A DNA stretch of 60,443 bases from Candidatus Woesearchaeota archaeon (GTDB lineage: Archaea; Nanobdellota; Nanobdellia; Woesearchaeales; UBA9642). Below the pieces are notes generated by a model. The model was not told where the DNA came from. It did no database searches and saw only the letters and a program-made list of their open reading frames with translations. Location: NCBI GenBank assembly GCA_038895475.1, contig JAWANI010000003.1:1-60443 (forward strand), given 5' to 3'. Made by a program: the position numbers and the translations under genes. Of this stretch, positions 57,767 to 60,443 are shown in pieces (the first letter of the stretch is position 1; the number at the start of each line of letters is the position of its first letter).

Positions 57767-58663
57767 CTAAATATTTATTTTTAATATATACTTCTTAAGA
57801 AATATAAAAAACAGGAACTGGCTTAACAATGCAATAACAACAGGGATTATTGTTAAAGAGGAAAACAAACCTACAGATATTGCCAATGCTGTGCCCTCAT
57901 TTTTTTGTGTTGCATACAATGTAAAATTAATTGCCTCGGCTTTTGTAAACAGTCTGTTTGTGATGAAATAAACTAAAAAGCCCCCTAAAAAGAATATTGA
58001 CAAAATTAAAAAATATATTTTTATTGTGTCTGAATTGAATGTAAGAAAAAAGTTTCTGTTTAAAGATACGGCAATAAACAAAACTGCAGATAAACAAATA
58101 TTGCTTATTATTTTTGAATAAGAAAACAAGCGGAATTTTTTTTCACTCAACAAATACGCTAAAATAAGCGGAACAATAATTATTTTAAGCATAATTGATA
58201 ACAGTAAATAAATGTCTGCATATTTTTTAAAAGCAAAAAAAATAACTGATGGAATTATAAGTAAAGATAATGCGAAAGATAAAAATAAAGAATTGTCTGC
58301 TATTTCAGGTTCGCACTTGGTTGCATAACACAGCGGAACTATTGAAATTGCTGGAGGAACAATTGCTAGCAAAATAAATCCGACATAATAAGGCGATGAT
58401 TTAAAAAATAAAGTTCCCACGATAATAAATAATCCTGATAAAAAAACATAATTAAAGAATATAGATAAAAATATTTTCTTATAATTGTTTTTTATGTCAA
58501 AATTTTTTCTAAAAAAAGGTCTTATTGAAAAGAACATCATTATTCCCAACAAATAATCTATTAAAAAACCTATCTTTATTTTTAAGCTGATTATTAATCC
58601 TAAAACAATGCTTATTAAAAGCATTACCTCGGTTTTGCTTAAAATTTCTTTAATATAGCTCAT
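57767..58663 (-). CDS. Polytopic membrane transporter (possibly BASS/SBF-like or AEC-like)
   Basis: About 9-10 TM helices and 298 aa. Family assignment is tentative. Confidence 0.4.
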   Translation of the reverse strand: MSYIKEILSKTEVMLLISIVLGLIISLKIKIGFLIDYLLGIMMFFSIRPFFRKNFDIKNNYKKIFLSIFFNYVFLSGLFIIVGTLFFKSSPYYVGFILLAIVPPAISIVPLCYATKCEPEIADNSLFLSFALSLLIIPSVIFFAFKKYADIYLLLSIMLKIIIVPLILAYLLSEKKFRLFSYSKIISNICLSAVLFIAVSLNRNFFLTFNSDTIKIYFLILSIFFLGGFLVYFITNRLFTKAEAINFTLYATQKNEGTALAISVGLFSSLTIIPVVIALLSQFLFFIFLKKYILKINI

Positions 58664-58962
58664 ATAAAAAAAATATTTTATATTATTTATAAATTTTTAC
58701 AAAAGGTTTTACAAAAAGGCAACACAGAAAATGATAATTAATGATAATTAAAATAAAGAATAAATAAAAAGAGCAATTTAAATAAAATAAACGCAGCAAA
58801 AACTGACAAAACAAACAATAACTAATAATAAAAACCAATAATAATATTTATAAATATTAACAACAGAGTAATAGTATAATATAGTGAATTATTAAAAAAC
58901 ACATACTAAAAAATATTTTTAATACAAAAATAAATACAAAAATATTTACAAAGGTGAAATTT

Positions 58963-60443
58963 ATGCGTAAAGGACAATCTTCAAGTAGTGCTGCTGCATT
59001 TATAGCAATTCTTACTGTTCTAATAATATTGTATATATTGTTTTTACCTCCTGATATAAGAGAGGAACTGCTTAACGAAAAAAGTTCCGGAAGTGATTAT
59101 TACGATAATACTCCTCAGACAAAAACCACAACGCTCTTAAGAGAAACCGTAGGAAGAATAACTTATTATAAAGATACTGAAAAATATTACGATATACCTA
59201 CTGTAAGAATATCTACCCCTGTGTCCGGACAATTACTTAAAACAATACCTTCTTTTTTTATAAAAAACTCTTTATTTGATAAGGAACAGGCAAAATATAT
59301 AACTACATTTACTGCAGACATAACCGCCACAGAAAATGTTGTTTTAAGCTTTAATGTTAAAGAACATACAGGTCCCTTAAAAATAACTCTCAATGGAAGG
59401 GAGATATTTAATGGAGAAGTAAACAATAACAAAATAATAACCCTGCAAAGATCTGATTTAAACAACAATAATGAATTAATATTTTCAGTTCCAAATCCGG
59501 GTGTTGCATTTTGGGTAGCTAACAAATACTTAATAGAAAATCTGCAAATAACAGGCGATGTTACTGATTATAGCAATAGTTATGCTATACAAAAATTTGT
59601 CCTGACAAAAACAGAGAAAGATTCCCTAAAAGAAGTATCTCTTTATTTTAGGCCTGTATGCAGTATTTCAGAGGTTGGAAACTTACAGATAAGCATTAAT
59701 GGAGAAACAATTTATAATTCAGTTGCGGATTGCGGCACAAGAAGTTTTGTTGTTCTGGATAAAAACAATATATATTCGGGTGCAAATGAATTAAGATTCA
59801 GCACAAAAAAAGGCTCTTACCTATTAGATAATTTAAAAGTTAAAATTTCTCTTGAAAAACCATCATATAAAACATATTATTTTGATATTAACAAACAATA
59901 CTTCTATTCAAATCCTGAAAAAGCCAAATGTGGAGAATATGACAATATTTGTCCTTCTGGTTGTGCTGATATAACAGATCCGGATTGTTGTTTTAAGAGA
60001 AATGGTAATTGGTGTGCATTACCAACAAGAAACCCTAATGACAGATGTGTTTATTATGTAGATCCTTCAGATTGTGAATTATGCCCTACGGGCTATTATA
60101 ATAAAAATCGTGATGTTCCAGAAAACTGTGAAGGAAAATGTGGAGATAATACTGATGGAATTTGTCCTTCAGACTGTCCTTCCAATGCAAAATATTATGA
60201 TGCTGATTGTTGTTGGAACGAAAATCCGGACTATTATTTTTGTCAGGAAGTCCCTATAACTGGAATAATGGATAGGTGCAGGGCCTCAATAACATATTCA
60301 CAATGCGAATTATGTCCGTCTGACTATAAAAATGAGGATGGATCAAAACCTGGTTCCTGCTATGAACCTTCACAAACATATACTAATGAAGAAGAAATTT
60401 TAGATGACAAATATGATGTTGTACTAAAAATTAATTTTGTAAA
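58963..60443 (+). CDS. Large secreted protein with class III (type IV pilin-like) signal peptide and Cys-rich CGD..C..DCC modules; 3' partial
   Basis: Hand translation is open from the ATG at 58963 (AAAGGTGA upstream) to the window end. N-terminus MRKGQSSSSAAAFIAILTVLIILYILFL. Two beta-rich modules, then repeats such as CGEYDNICPSGCADITDPDCC and CGDNTDGICPSDCPSNAKYYDADCC. Missing from the ORF track because it has no stop. Confidence 0.7.
   Translation, partial: MRKGQSSSSAAAFIAILTVLIILYILFLPPDIREELLNEKSSGSDYYDNTPQTKTTTLLRETVGRITYYKDTEKYYDIPTVRISTPVSGQLLKTIPSFFIKNSLFDKEQAKYITTFTADITATENVVLSFNVKEHTGPLKITLNGREIFNGEVNNNKIITLQRSDLNNNNELIFSVPNPGVAFWVANKYLIENLQITGDVTDYSNSYAIQKFVLTKTEKDSLKEVSLYFRPVCSISEVGNLQISINGETIYNSVADCGTRSFVVLDKNNIYSGANELRFSTKKGSYLLDNLKVKISLEKPSYKTYYFDINKQYFYSNPEKAKCGEYDNICPSGCADITDPDCCFKRNGNWCALPTRNPNDRCVYYVDPSDCELCPTGYYNKNRDVPENCEGKCGDNTDGICPSDCPSNAKYYDADCCWNENPDYYFCQEVPITGIMDRCRASITYSQCELCPSDYKNEDGSKPGSCYEPSQTYTNEEEILDDKYDVVLKINFV

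Noticed and set aside
59187-59525. 112-aa minus-strand ORF, and the 60074-60259 plus-strand ORF.
   Set aside because: Both lie inside the long open frame starting at 58963, which has an SD, a signal peptide and repeated Cys modules.

Overview
AT-rich (roughly 25-30% GC by eye), tightly packed archaeal chromosome segment, most likely from a small-genome DPANN-type archaeon. This inference rests on archaeal information-processing genes: PCNA, an archaeal histone, Hef, Pelota, RNase P subunit Rpp21, Bud32, Taw1, archaeal-type PheRS and ProRS, RNase J and a multi-intron tRNA. They sit beside bacterial-type genes (type I GAPDH, gyrase A, a CopA copper island) and many Asn/Cys-rich secreted surface proteins. 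Shine-Dalgarno-like GGAGG/GGTG motifs precede many starts. I found no rRNA, CRISPR array, reverse transcriptase or transposase. All identifications come from reading motifs in the supplied translations and the DNA; no database search was run. The most unusual items: (1) An 869-aa family-B DNA-polymerase-like protein has intact 3'-5' exonuclease motifs but a degenerate polymerase active site. It ends in a PIP-like tail and lies directly upstream of PCNA. (2) A 720-bp ORF-free, GC-enriched intergenic block (33124-33842) contains a roughly 374-bp unit closed by a 15-bp perfect inverted repeat, followed by a GC-rich hairpin and oligo-T runs. It could be a MITE or an unclassified structured RNA. 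(3) A tRNA-Leu(CAA) carries two introns, one at the canonical 37/38 site and one in the T-loop at 59/60. (4) Three co-oriented coiled-coil proteins lie in tandem. Two are clear paralogues, and one of those carries an N-terminal amphipathic helix and a long disordered linker; the third is only loosely similar. (5) A seven-gene copper island includes a membrane-anchored wHTH regulator with a Cys/His/Met outer loop. (6) An ArmA/Rmt-family 16S rRNA methyltransferase homologue sits next to pelota.
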